Assembly (NCBI GenBank): GCA_963703955.1
Contig: CAVPGK010000005.1
Coordinates: forward strand, 15,911-79,910
DNA from: Nitrospirota bacterium
GTDB lineage: Bacteria > Nitrospirota > Nitrospiria > Nitrospirales > Nitrospiraceae
Length of the DNA stretch: 64,000 bases
Direction: 5' to 3'
Below, piece by piece: positions 1-11,936 of this stretch (positions within the stretch are counted from its first letter, which is position 1; every line of letters starts with the position of its first letter). The notes under the pieces are model-generated. The model was not told the DNA's origin, did no database searches, and saw only the letters and a program-made list of their open reading frames with translations. Made by a program: the position numbers and the translations under genes.

Positions 1-29
1 GAAGTTGGGGTCTAGAACCTCCAATTCGT

Positions 30-119
30 CAATCAGCACTCATCATTCAGAACCCAACACTCTTGACCCGCAACGTAGTATTCTCACCTCAGAACTCGAC
101 ACTCAGCACTCAAAACTCC
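30..119. repeat. Degenerate heptamer tandem repeats (CTCAGCA/CTCAGAA/CTCAAAA-type)
   Basis: 7-bp periodic units visible: atcagca-ctcatca-ttcagaa-cccaaca-ctcttga and ctcagaa-ctcgaca-ctcagca-ctcaaaa. Confidence 0.7.
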
Positions 120-141
120 CAAGGAGGGGTTGGAGGCCGTC

Positions 142-3100
142 ATGAGCACCGAGCCCGTGGCAAGCGACACGAAAGTGCTGATCGTGGACGATGATCTCGA
201 CATCAGCCAGGCCTTGGCCGACCTGTTGGAGCATGAGGGCTATCGGGTGCGGGTCGCCGTGAACGGAGCGGAGGCGTTGGAAAAAGCCAAGCAGGGTCGT
301 TACGGGGCCGTCCTCTTGGATCTGGGCCTGCCCGATATGGACGGTCTCGAATTGCTGAAGTCGCTGCAGGAAGTGGACGCGACACTTCCGATCATCGTGC
401 TGACCGCCTACACCACGGCGGAGAAGACCGTCGGGGCCCTCAGCAAGGGCGCCTTTGCGTTCATGACTAAACCCTACAATCGGGATCAACTCAAGGCGAC
501 GCTGAGCCGGGCGGTCGGGGTGAAAGCCTTGGCCACTCGAGCGGAAACCGTCGAAAGCGCCTTGACGGTGAGTGAAGATCGGTTTCGCTCGGTGGTGCAG
601 TCCGCCAGCGATGCGATCGTGCTGGCCAATGCGCAGGGCCAGGTCATCTCCTGGAACAAGGCCGCCGAACGGCTCTTTAGGTATGGCGAGACGGAGGTGT
701 TGGGCAAAGCACTGACCACCCTGATGCCGGCTCGGTACCGTCAGGCGCATCAACGTGGGCTGGAGCGAGTCCGCGCCACGGGGCAGTCGCAGGTGATCGG
801 TCAGACGCTGCAGATGGAGGGCATGCGAAAAGACGGATCAGAATTCCCGATTGAACTCTCCCTCGCGACCTGGAAGACGCACACGGAGACCTATTACTGC
901 GGCATCATCCGTGACGTGACCGAACGACGGCGGACGGAAGCGGCGCTGCAAGCCAGTGAGGAACGATATCGCGCCCTGTTTGAAGACAATCCGTCCATGT
1001 ACTTCATGGTGGACCATACCGCGAGGATCCTGTCGGTCAATCGATTCGGGGCCGAGCAACTCGGCTACACCGTGACGGAGTTGGTCGGTCGACCGCTGCT
1101 GAACGTCTTCTATGAAGCCGATCGGGAGGCGGTCACTCGGAATTTCAAAGCCTGCCTCGCCCGGGTCGGCCACACGATGAACTGGGAATTTCGCAAGGTC
1201 CACAAGGACGGTAGTCTGCTCCGCGTGCGCGAAGCGGCCAGGGCCGTCGGTACCGCTGGAAAGAACCCGGTGGTCTTGATCGTGTGCGAGGATATCACCG
1301 AGCAAAAGCGGGCCGAGGAGGCGTTGCAACTAGTGGTGGAGGGGACCTCCTCGCTGATGGGCCGGGAGTTCTTCCGGTCGCTGGTCCGCCAACTCGCCAC
1401 CGCGCTCGACGTCAGGTACGCGCTGGCCACCATGTGCAAGGGTTCGCCCGCCACAAAGGTGCAGACCCTCTCGGTCTGGATGGGCGACACCTTTGCCGAC
1501 AACTTCGACTATGACTTGGAGGGGACGCCATGCCACGGCGTGGTCGGCGGGGAGCCGGCATACTACGCCAAAGACATTCAGCAACTCTTTCCCCGAGATG
1601 AGGTCCTCGGGAAGATGCGCGCGGAGAGCTACCTGGGCATCCCGTTCGTCAACTCAACGGGAGTCGTGATCGGTCATCTGGCCGTCATGGACGACAAGCC
1701 GATGGGAGATGAAGACCGCAAGAAAGCGATCCTCAGAATCTTCGCCGCGCGGGCCGGTGCAGAATTGGAGAGAATGCAGACGGAGGTCGCTTTGCGCGCC
1801 AGCGAGGAGCGGCTGGATCTGGCGGTGCGAGGTTCGAATGACGGCCTGTGGGATGTACGGCCCTTGCAGACCGAGCCGTGGTCTTCCCCGAAAACCCCGA
1901 CCTGGTATTCCCCACGCTTCAAAGAGATGCTGGGCTTCGCCCCGGAAGAATTTCCCGATGTGCTCGAAAGTTGGCTCTTGCAGCTGCATCCCGACGACAA
2001 GGATCGGGTGTTCGCGGCACTGACCGCGCATATCGACCACAAGGCCCCCTATGACGTGGAATACCGGTTACGGACGAAGGAAGGTGAATACCAGTGGTTT
2101 CGAGCGAGAGGGCAGGCGATCTGGAGCGAGGGGGGGCAATTTGTTCGGATGGCCGGCTCATTGCAGTGCATCAACGATCGAAAGCGGGTGGAGGAGGCAC
2201 TGCGGGAGCAATTGCGCCTGGCCACCTTCGGCTCCGAGCTGGGCGTTGTGTTGACGCGGCGCCGGACCCTGCGCGACATGCTCGGCCTCTGCACGGAAGC
2301 CATGGTGCACCATCTCGGTGCGGCGTTCGCCCGGGTGTGGCTGTTGAATCAAGAGGGGACCGGTCTGGAGTTACAGGCCAGCTCGGGAATGTACACCCAT
2401 CTCGATGGACCCCATAGTCGCGTGCCGGTCGGCTCCCTTAAGATCGGCCGGATTGCCCAGACGCGTCGGCCTCATCTGACCAACGATGTCCTCCACGATC
2501 AACAGATCAGTGATCCGGAGTGGGCCAGACGCGAAGGTATAGTGGCCTTCGCGGGCCATCCGCTGATGGTGGAAGACCGGTTGGTCGGGGTGGTGGCGAT
2601 GTTTGCCCGCCAAGCTTTGACCGACTATACGATCAAGGCGTTGGCGGCAGCCGCCAATGCCATCGCGGGGGGGATTGAACGCAAGCAGGCCGAGGAAGCG
2701 CTCGCCCGACTCAGTCACCAGCACAATTTGATCCTCAATTCGGCCGGCGAGGGAATCTTCGGAGTGGACCGTCATGGCCATACGACCTTCGTCAACGAAG
2801 CCGGCGCCCGCATGCTCGGATGGGAGGCGAATGAATTGATCGGCAATTCGATGCATTCCTTCATCCACCATTCAAAGCCGGACGGGTCATCATATCCCGA
2901 TGAGCAGTGCCCAATTTACGCCGCGTTCCGGGACGGCAGCGTGCATGCGGTCTACAACGAAGTGTTCTGGAAAAAGGACGGCACGAGTTTTCCGGTCGAA
3001 TACCTCAGCACGCCCATTCGCGAGCACGGTGAGCTGGCGGGCGCGGTCATCATCTTCAAGGACCTCTCCGATCGGAAACTCACAGAGGAGGCGCTCCGGG

Positions 3101-3481
3101 AGAGCGAGGAACTGCTCCGCGAGGTGACGGAAAATATCAAGGAGGTCTTCTGGATCAGCGACCCGGAAAAGAACGAGGATCCTCTACATCAGTCCCGCGT
3201 ATGAAGAGATTTGGGGACGTAGCTGCCACAGCCTCCGGGCGTCGCCGCGTTCATGGCTTGATGCGATCCATCCCGATGACCGCGCCCGCGTGCTGGACGC
3301 CGCGCTGACCAAACAGGTGAGCGGCCGCTACAATGAAGAATATCGTATCGTCCGACCCGACGGGTCCATCCGATGGATTCATGATCGCGCGTTTCCTGTG
3401 CGAGACGCGTCAGGGAGAGTCTATCGCATCGCCGGGATTGCCGAAGACATGACGAGTCGAAAACAGGACAACCAGTCATGA
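142..3481 (+). CDS. REC-(PAS/GAF)n signalling protein with no output domain; frameshifted near 3178
   Basis: N-terminal receiver (LIVDDD..LLDLGLP..KPY), several PAS/PAC and two GAF domains. An extra G near 3178 shifts the last PAS (ILYISPAYEEIWGRSC...RIAGIAED), which ends at the stop at 3481. Confidence 0.85.
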
Positions 3482-4545
3482 AGCAATCTTGCTATGGCCT
3501 GCTTCGGGCCGGACGGTGGGGCCAGATCTTCGAGTCGTATTTGAGCCGCGCGGCGGATTTCCGTGGGGACCGCAGAGAGTTGTCATCTGTGACGGACAAG
3601 GCCGTACAGCCATCGTTTGCACGAACCGCAGTCTGGTTAGGATGGCTCGTCGCTGTCATCTGGATGATCGGGCCCGCCCTTCCCGCGTCCCTGCACGCCC
3701 GTGAGATCGCCGTGCTCAAGTCTGCCGATATCGCGGCATACAATCAAGCCGTGGCCGGTCTGAAGAGCGAACTGCCGGAATCGACCACCCTCAGCGAATA
3801 CAACATGGATGGCGATGCGGAGCGGGGCCGGAAGCTCGCACGAGATATTCGTGCGTCCGAAGCAAGTGTTGTTGTCGCAGTCGGATTGAAAGCCGCCTTG
3901 GCTGCCAAGCTGGAGATTGTCGCTATGCCTGTCATCTATTGCATGGTGCTCGATCCGGCCAAGCATGAACTGCAGGCGCCAAACCTCACCGGCATCAGCC
4001 TGCAGATTCCGGTCGAGCGGCAGTTCGCCACTATGTCCTCGGTCCTCCCGAACCTGAAACATGTCGGCGTCCTCTATGACCCTGAGAAAACCGGCCCATT
4101 GATCGCAGAGGCGCGCCGTGTGGCTAAGGGGCTGGGCCTCAACCTGGTCGAGCGCCAGGTCTCTTCTGAAAAAGACTTTCCGGCTGCACTTCGTGGAATG
4201 ATCTCGGACACGGAAGTGTTGTGGTTGGTGCCGGACAGCACAATTCTAACCGAAGAGTCGCTTCGATTCGTGCTGGCGACGGCCTTGGATCACAATGTTC
4301 CAGTCGTCGGGTTCTCCTCTGAATTTGTCCGCAACGGCGCGCTCATTGGCCTTTCCCTTAATGCTGAAGATATCGGGCGGCAGACGGCCGGTATTGCTAA
4401 GAAAATTCTCAAAGGGCAGTCCGCCATCTCTCTTGTGCCTGCGCCACCCAGCCGAATTCGATTTTCCCTGAATCTAAAGACCGCCAAATTCCTCGGGCTT
4501 TTTATTTCACCGGAGGTCGTCAGTCGTGCGGACGAATTGTACTAG
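3478..4545 (+). CDS. ABC transporter substrate-binding protein (ABC_sub_bind-like); true start may lie downstream
   Basis: Signal-like hydrophobic stretch ending ASLHA; motifs PVIYCMV, NLTGISL, VGVLYDP, GRQTAG, LNLKTAKFLGL. Confidence 0.8.
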   Translation: MKQSCYGLLRAGRWGQIFESYLSRAADFRGDRRELSSVTDKAVQPSFARTAVWLGWLVAVIWMIGPALPASLHAREIAVLKSADIAAYNQAVAGLKSELPESTTLSEYNMDGDAERGRKLARDIRASEASVVVAVGLKAALAAKLEIVAMPVIYCMVLDPAKHELQAPNLTGISLQIPVERQFATMSSVLPNLKHVGVLYDPEKTGPLIAEARRVAKGLGLNLVERQVSSEKDFPAALRGMISDTEVLWLVPDSTILTEESLRFVLATALDHNVPVVGFSSEFVRNGALIGLSLNAEDIGRQTAGIAKKILKGQSAISLVPAPPSRIRFSLNLKTAKFLGLFISPEVVSRADELY

Positions 4546-4610
4546 GAGGATACGAAAAAAGGCCACCAACTGTTTTGCTGCCGTTCTACCGTGCAGGGTG
4601 TGCATTTTAT

Positions 4611-4733
4611 GATGCGCGAATGGCCCGGCCATGAGCTACTTCGTTCTCAGCCGTTTGGACGCCTCAACGATCCACCTGTCCGCCTCGGAGCCAACTCCCT
4701 GCGGTTTTTGCTGGATGATCTTTTTGAGCATCC
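4611..4733 (-). repeat. Degenerate copy of the ~125-bp inverted-repeat element (family A)
   Basis: Aligns by eye to the reverse complement of 57113-57237 (cttcgttctc..ggacgcctcaacg..ctttttgagcatcc). Confidence 0.75.
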
Positions 4734-4846
4734 TCTTAAGAGAAATCCCAGAAGCATTGGTGTATATGACAGGACATTCAGTTCGTTCTGGTGCGTTCAG
4801 GAGTTCCACGGGCTCAACGGTTCCTTACTAAGCCAGTGAGACTTCT

Positions 4847-7074
4847 ATGAGAGCCCGACAATCACCGCACCAGGGCTCGACAGGTCGATTCATCGGCCTT
4901 CGGACCAAATTTGTGGTTTTCATCAGCTTGATCATTATCGCTGTCTGCACGGGCTTGAGCTGGTACTTCATCCACCAACAGGCCCAATTGCTGACGCGCA
5001 CGTTGACGGACACCGGATTACTATTGGTCAACAATCTGGCTCATAACAGTCGATATGCGGCCATTACCGAGGATCTGACAGATCTGGAGCAGTTCATTGA
5101 TGGCGTGATGGAGGACGATGAGGTGGTGTATGCCGTGATCACCGAGACCGGACGGGTCGCGAGTGGTGGCGAGGAGCAAGGGGCATTTGGTCGACCGGAT
5201 CGCTTTCTCCGTTCCCAGGATTCACCCCTCTATCCGGATGAGTCCCTCGCCCGTCCGTTCGACGTCTCACAGAGTCCCATGGTGATTCGGGTCTCGACGG
5301 GCGGAGGACTGATCGCCGAGCCATCTATGACTTTGCGATTCCGATCCTTAGGCGCCCGCGCTCGTCATCCGACGTGCCTCTCCAATACTCCTTGGAGTCC
5401 GGTGAGAGCGACAGATCAAGAAATGTGAAGCGGGACTCAAATCCGCAAATCGTCAGCGTCATAGAGATCGGCCTCACGGAGGCCAAGAGGCGACAGAGTC
5501 TCGCCGAGGCCGTCAGGCGGGTGGTCATCATCACCGTTCTCTTCATCCTCGGCGGGATTGCGGCCACCATCGCGCTCGCCGCTCGGATTATCACTCCGTT
5601 AAGGACCCTGGCCATGGTCGCGGGACGGGTCGCGGAGGGCGATTTGACGGTGTCCGCGGAGCCGGCCACCCATGATGAAGTGGGACAGCTGACATCCATT
5701 TTCAATCGGATGACCCAGTCGCTCAAGGAGCGTGACGAGGCCATTTCGTCTCAGATTGGGACGATTACCAAACAGGTGACGCAACTCACTGCGTTGAACC
5801 AAGCCGGTGCGGCGATCACCTCCATGCTCGACGTGGAGAAACTGCTGACGAGTGTCTTGCGTCTCCTGACTGAAAATCTCGGCTACCGGCGGGTGTTAAT
5901 CATGTCGTACGATCCGAATCGAGGAGTCGCTTATGGTCCGAGAGTTGCGGGGCTGCCCGACGAGATCGAACGGCAAACTCGAGGGCTGGAAATATCGGTT
6001 CAGGATGATCGGAGCGTCAGAGCGGAACTGCTCATCCACGGGCGTGCGCTTCTCATTTCGGATCTCGAGAGGGTCTCGGACCGAATCTATCCCCCACTTC
6101 TTCCGTTGGCCCGTCAAATCGGAGTCACCAGCTTCGTCGGTGCGCCACTCAAGAGCTCGCAGCGCATTCTGGGATTCATCGCGGCAGATCGAGGCAAGGA
6201 GGCGTGCACGGAGGAGGATCTGGACCTCCTGGTGACGCTAGCGAGCCAGATTGCCGTGGCGATCGACAACGCCCAGGCGTACCACGAACTACAGCACCTC
6301 ACGCAGACGCTGGAACGACGAGTCCAAGAACGGACACAGGACTTGGTAACGGCCAATGAGCAGCTCCAGGAGCTGGACCGTCTGAAATCGGCTTTCGTCT
6401 CGATTGTCTCACATGAGTTACGCACCCCGATGACCTCCATCAAAGGCTATGTCGAAAACATGTTAGATGGCCTGACGGGTGCTCTCACCGAGAAGCAGTC
6501 GTATTATCTGAGCCGGGTGAAATTCAACATCGAGCGTCTGACGCGGATGATCAACGATCTGCTGGATCTCTCTCGTATCGAAGCGGGCCGGGTCGAGCTT
6601 GTCTTGACACACATTCTCGTGGCCGATCTGCTGGCGGAAACCACGGAGGCGTTACAATCTGTCGCGGACACGAAGGGCGTCGCGCTGCGCGGCCAATTCC
6701 AAGGAGATCCGTGGGCGATGCAGGTCGATCGTGACAAGCTCCATCAGATTCTCACGAACCTGATTCAGAATGCGATCAAATTTACCCCCAAAGGCGGCGA
6801 GGTGCGGCTGGACGCCTCTTTGCGGAACGATGGATTCGTGCAATTCTGTGTGGCCGATACCGGCTGCGGGATCGCTCGCCATGAACTCTCTAAGATCTTC
6901 GAGCGATTCTACCGCGGCGAATCCGTGCAAGCCGAACAGCGAGGGGCCGGGTTGGGTTTAGCCATTACAAAGAGCCTGGTTGAACTGCATGGCGGCCAGA
7001 TATGGGTGGAAAGCACGCTCGGTCAGGGCAGTCAATTCTTCTTTACCATCCCGATGGTCCCACCGGATCGATGA
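4847..7074 (+). CDS. Membrane sensor histidine kinase (TM-periplasmic-TM-HAMP-GAF-HisKA-HATPase); frameshifted near 5322
   Basis: ORFs 4847-5428 and 5374-7074 join as EPIYDFAIPI; HAMP (DEVGQL..FNRM), H-box SHELRTPM, N/G1/F/G2 boxes. Confidence 0.88.
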
Positions 7075-7252
7075 CCGTGAATCGCAAGCGTGAACGATGG
7101 CGGGGGTTCAAGGGTTCCGATTCACAGTGATCGTCTTCAGGCTCCATGTATCGGAACAGATAACGCGGCGTATTCGATTCGATACGGTCCAGGGCACCCG
7201 TTGCTCTTGCAGCCGCGTCGGGTTTCACAGCATAAGTAGTTTTATTATGATG

Positions 7253-7265
7253 AATCAATATCTTA
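7253..7265 (+). promoter_or_regulatory. IHF binding site
   Basis: AATCAATATCTTA matches WATCAANNNNTTR exactly, follows an AT tract and lies ~40 bp upstream of a sigma54 promoter. Confidence 0.6.
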
Positions 7266-7302
7266 AGATGCGCGTGCTCTGCCAGACCTCGCAACACGAT
7301 GC

Positions 7303-7318
7303 TGGCACCTCAGTTGCT
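7303..7318 (+). promoter_or_regulatory. Sigma54 (-24/-12) promoter
   Basis: TGGCAC-CTCAG-TTGCT matches the consensus TGGCAC-N5-TTGCW. Confidence 0.75.
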
Positions 7319-7495
7319 CATCTTAGAACATCTGCGAAGATGCTTTCATAGGGAAGTGAGGGAGCGGGAGCGGGACGGAAACAGGGCGATGATCTCCGGA
7401 ATAAACCGGGCGATGGTTAGCAATAGCATAAGCCAAGCGAGTTAACTCCGCGAGAGATCGAGGTTTCTTGAGAAACTCCTTCAGAGAGGTGCAAC

Positions 7496-9140
7496 ATGAG
7501 GAAGACGTGGAGTTTTGTCGTGATGTCGATCGCACTGCTTCTCGCCGCTGTACCCAATTACGGGGATATGGGGAAAAGAGAGTCATCCGTTCGGTACCTT
7601 GATCAGGGTTGGAGCCCGGAATTGCGACAGCAGTTTTACCATACTCCGCAGGGGACCGAACTGATTCCCTATCATTGGTTTCTCCACCTGAAACAACATG
7701 ATGGGGCTCTTTTCAAAGATGACATCACGGCGCGGTATGGCTTTATCCCCGATCCAACACATCCGGACGGTTTGCCCGTGGGATTCACAATAAGCCCGGA
7801 CGGATTCCTCGGCTTGAATTGCGCGGCGTGTCATACCAGTCAAATTCGGTATCAAGGCAAGACCATCTATATCGATGGCGGCGCTTCGATGCAGAACAAC
7901 CTTGCATTCATGAAAACGATGTTCGTCTCTCTTGGCGCAATTCTCAAAGATGACAACAAATTCACTCGCTTCGCTCAGGAAGTCGGCAAGGCCAACGATC
8001 AGCTGAAGGTGGAAGTCGCCGAATTTCTTAAGCTGCAGGAGAAGCCATTGTTGGAAGCCAAGGAGAAATGCCAAGACCCCGACAAGAAGAGTATCTACGC
8101 TAACCCCGAGTATTCGGTTTACCCCAAGGATGGTTGGGGATTTGGTCGCTTGGATGCGCTGGGGCGAGGAGGCAATACGCTGTTGACCCGACGTGATCCA
8201 TGCGCTCTTGAACGAGCTGATGCCAGTGAGTATTCCTAGCCTTTGGGGAACCTGGAGGTACGACTGGGTGCAGTGGAATGGTTCGATTGAAAATCCGCTG
8301 GCGCGAAATATCGGACAGACCGTGAGCTTAAACGCCGAGACCGTTGAGATCAAGGCCCTTGATCAGTTGGAAAACTACGTTCAGAAGCTCAAACCACCTT
8401 CCTGGCCGGACGATTTTCCTTCTATCGACAGAAAATTGGCGGCAAAAGGGAAAGAACTCTACCAGGGGCGAGATGGGAAAGGACTATGTGCCGGTTGCCA
8501 TATGCCTCCGGTCGAACCCAATCCCTGTGATGGGAAAGAAGAGTTGACCATGAAGTTGATTGCAGTTGAAGACATCAAGACCGACGAAAAGACGGCTGCT
8601 AACTTTGTAGACCGCAAGATTAAGACCGGCCAGTCAGCCGCGACGATCATGAAAGAGACAACTGACACAATAATGGAAAGACAATTTGCAGAGTTGAAGC
8701 TTTCGGTGAATGAGCAAAACAGGATGCAGAGATGCCGCAAAAATGAATGGCGAGCGCGACCGGAGTACAAAGCACCTACCCACGCCGGGGTATGGGCGAC
8801 CCCGCCCTATCTGCATAATGGGTCCGTTCCGAATTTGTATCAACTGCTTCTCCCAGCAGAGCAACGTGATAAGTCGTTTTGCGTCGGCAGTCTTGAATTT
8901 GAGCCAAAGCACGTCGGATTCAAAACAGATGTGTGCGTCGAAGGAGAAGCTCCATTCGATACCTCACGTCCCGGCAATATGAACACCGGGCATGAATTCA
9001 GAAACGACGACAGAGCCGGGCACACATTTACACGAGCCCAGTGTGAGGATCGTATGAAACATGCCAAGGATGGTATTCTCGGCTGTGAGATTGCGTCTGA
9101 AGATCGATGGGCTATTGTCGAGTACATGAAAACCTTATGA
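7496..9140 (+). CDS. Secreted di-haem c-type cytochrome (RoxA-like / di-haem peroxidase-like family); frameshifted near 8224
   Basis: Signal peptide; two CxxCH motifs (CAACH, CAGCH); family motifs GFGRLDA, VSIPSLW..WVQWNGS, YKA..AGVWATPPYLHNGSVP, GNxNxGHEF. Confidence 0.85.
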
Positions 9141-9205
9141 TTAGGACGACGACGCAAGTCGGTTACAGGTGAGAGCCGCCGGTACCTCGCAGTCACGTTG
9201 CGACG

Positions 9206-11935
9206 ATGACTGAACTCTTCTCGAAAGAGCATACGATCATCGAAAAGGGGTCCATGGAGTACCGCCCCTTCGGGGTGGACGAAGATGGCGAGAAAATCCA
9301 CGACATCAGCGGGGTCATCGTTCGGTCGAGCGTGGCGTATTTGGAAGAGTCGATCTCGCGCGACGCCGGACCGGAGGCGGGTGCCCGAGCTGTCCAGGAG
9401 TTGTGCCGCCTGCTGAATGAGCGGCTTCGCGATCCTGTTTACCACGTCACTCCCGCCTTTCTCAAGAATGTCTGGAACGGCTACTCATATGAGTTCGTCT
9501 CTTTCCTGCGTGAATTCTGTGCGAATATCTTGAACGACCCCGACTTTACTGCCCATGCGGCGAAGGAGAAACATAATATCTCGCCGCTGCTCCAGATCTT
9601 AGGCCGACCGTTCTCGCTATCCGACATCTACAAGATGTGGGCCCATTTCGGGGAGAAGTACGCGAAGGGCTCTCTCCAGTTCGAGGTGGGGCCCGTGACG
9701 GAGCGTTCGGCCGTGTTGCGGATGAAATTTGCGGACAGGGTCTATCGGCAATTCGGTCCGTACCGGAAGCGCTGCGTCGAAATGGCCTGCCAATCGGCCA
9801 AATTCGGTCTCTCGATGGTTCCTGCGCAGATCCATCACCTGCGTCCGGCGACCGTCACGGACCGCACCTGTATCGTGAATGGTGATGAGTACTGCGAATG
9901 GGAGTTCAAGTGGTCCCCTCAGCCTACTGACAGGCTGTTCCGCTCGATGTGGGGGCTGCTCGCCGGGACTGCGGCTTATGCGTACCTTCGTCTGTTCCAT
10001 CCGGCGGTCACCGTCGTCGAGGCCTTAATCGTTGCCTTAGTACCGGCGGTCGTGGCCTGGCTGGTCGCCAGCCGACCGCTGCAGAGGCAGGTCGAAAGCC
10101 TGAAGGATCTCATCAAGGAGCAAGACCAGGCCGTCGAAGCTCGCCACGAAGAGCTGCGCGAAGCCTATGTTGAGCAGGAACAGACGACCGTCGAGTTGCG
10201 CCGGAAAGTCGGGCAATTGACCACGTTGCACCGCGCGGGGCTCCTCTTCAGCTCCACCCTGGACCGGGAGGCGTTATTGCGCGAGGTCCTGGAAACGATC
10301 GTCCGGGACCTTCATTACGACCGGGCCATGATTGCCTTCTATGACCGGGCCCGACAGATCACCCATGATTTTCGAGTCATAGGCGTCTCCGAGGATATTA
10401 CGGCGTTTGCACGCTCGCGAGAGCTGCCGATTACCGATCCCAACAGCATTGAGGGAACCGTGATTCTCCAGGGAAAGCCGCTACTCGTGACCGATATTAG
10501 AGACGTGTGGGACCGCCTGCACCCCTTGAATCAACAACTGGTTTCAATGGCCAACGTCACGTCGCTGATTTCCGTTCCCCTGAAGGTCAAGGATCTCATC
10601 ATCGGCTCCTTGACCGTCGATCGGGCCCAGGGGCATTCACTCACGCAGGATGACCTCGACATGATGGTGACCGTCGGGAGCCAGGTCGCAATCGCGCTGG
10701 ATAACACAGAGGCTTACCGCCAGATCGAAGCGTTGAACCTGGGGCTTGAAGAGCGGGTACGCGAGCGGACCGCAGAACTGAGGGCCGCCAACGAACAGCT
10801 CAAGCAGATGGACCAGCTCAAGTCTCAGTTTCTAGCGCACGTGTCCCATGAGTTGCGCACGCCGCTGACGAGCATCACCGGATTCACCGACAACATGCTG
10901 GAAGGGCTGGCCGGCTCCTTGAGCGCGAAACAGGAACAGTATCTGGCCCGGATCAAAGCGAATGGCAATCGGCTGACCCGGATGATCACGGACCTATTGG
11001 ACCGTTCCCGGATTGAAGCCGGCAAGCTCGAGCTGTCCCTGGGACCGGTCGTCCTGACCGCGCTGGTCTCGGAGGTGATCGAGCAGCTCCGGCCGCTTGC
11101 GCGGATGAAACGCCAGCGGCTGGACCTTGAGTGCCCGGAGCCCGACCTGGTCGTCTGGGCCGACGCCGATCGGTTGAGCCAAATCCTGACGAATCTGATC
11201 GACAACGCCATCAAATACACGACCGACGGCGGGTCGGTGATGCTCAGAATTGCACTGGAGGAGCATATGGCCAGAGTGTCGGTGACCGATACCGGACAGG
11301 GCATTCCTCGCGACGCCCTCCCGAGGCTTTTTGATCCGTTCTTCCGATCTCGCCATCACGAGAAGAGCCAGATCAAAGGCCTGGGCCTGGGGCTCTCGAT
11401 CGCGAAGGATCTGGTCGAGCTTCATGGCGGCGCGATCTCGGTTCAGAGCGAGGTGGGACGAGGAAGCGTGTTTCATTTTACGCTTCCGGTTCATCGGGGC
11501 TTTGAAAAGAGACTGTCGCTTTCTCCATCGCCGAGCAAGCGCATCCTGGTCGTGGATGACGAATCGGACATCCGGCAATTACTGTGTGACCGGCTGCAGT
11601 CGGACGGATTCGTCGTGCAGACGGCGGTTGATGGGCGCGACGCGTTGGCGTCGCTGCGGCTGGGTTCCGTGGATGGCCTGATCTTGGATATCGGCATGCC
11701 CGATATCGACGGGCTGGAGGTGCTTCGTGAGATTCGTGAGAAGTATCCTACGGTGCCCGTGGTGATGATCACGGCGGTCGAGGCCCGGGAACGCGCGGTC
11801 CTGGCCTTGGAAGCGGGCGCGCAGGCGTACCTACTCAAGCCGTTCGACCCGGCACAGTTGCACCAAGTCGTGACTCGCTGGTTTCGACCGAATGAGGCGG
11901 GAACAGAGGAGGGTAGGACGAAGGGGAGGGGATAG
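9206..11935 (+). CDS. Hybrid sensor kinase: V4R/H-NOX-like N-terminal domain, 2TM, GAF, HisKA, HATPase, REC
   Basis: V4R-type motif TCIVNGDEYCEWEFKW; H-box SHELRTPL; C-terminal receiver ILVVDDE..LILDIGMP..KPF. Confidence 0.88.
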   Translation: MTELFSKEHTIIEKGSMEYRPFGVDEDGEKIHDISGVIVRSSVAYLEESISRDAGPEAGARAVQELCRLLNERLRDPVYHVTPAFLKNVWNGYSYEFVSFLREFCANILNDPDFTAHAAKEKHNISPLLQILGRPFSLSDIYKMWAHFGEKYAKGSLQFEVGPVTERSAVLRMKFADRVYRQFGPYRKRCVEMACQSAKFGLSMVPAQIHHLRPATVTDRTCIVNGDEYCEWEFKWSPQPTDRLFRSMWGLLAGTAAYAYLRLFHPAVTVVEALIVALVPAVVAWLVASRPLQRQVESLKDLIKEQDQAVEARHEELREAYVEQEQTTVELRRKVGQLTTLHRAGLLFSSTLDREALLREVLETIVRDLHYDRAMIAFYDRARQITHDFRVIGVSEDITAFARSRELPITDPNSIEGTVILQGKPLLVTDIRDVWDRLHPLNQQLVSMANVTSLISVPLKVKDLIIGSLTVDRAQGHSLTQDDLDMMVTVGSQVAIALDNTEAYRQIEALNLGLEERVRERTAELRAANEQLKQMDQLKSQFLAHVSHELRTPLTSITGFTDNMLEGLAGSLSAKQEQYLARIKANGNRLTRMITDLLDRSRIEAGKLELSLGPVVLTALVSEVIEQLRPLARMKRQRLDLECPEPDLVVWADADRLSQILTNLIDNAIKYTTDGGSVMLRIALEEHMARVSVTDTGQGIPRDALPRLFDPFFRSRHHEKSQIKGLGLGLSIAKDLVELHGGAISVQSEVGRGSVFHFTLPVHRGFEKRLSLSPSPSKRILVVDDESDIRQLLCDRLQSDGFVVQTAVDGRDALASLRLGSVDGLILDIGMPDIDGLEVLREIREKYPTVPVVMITAVEARERAVLALEAGAQAYLLKPFDPAQLHQVVTRWFRPNEAGTEEGRTKGRG

Positions 11936-11936
11936 C

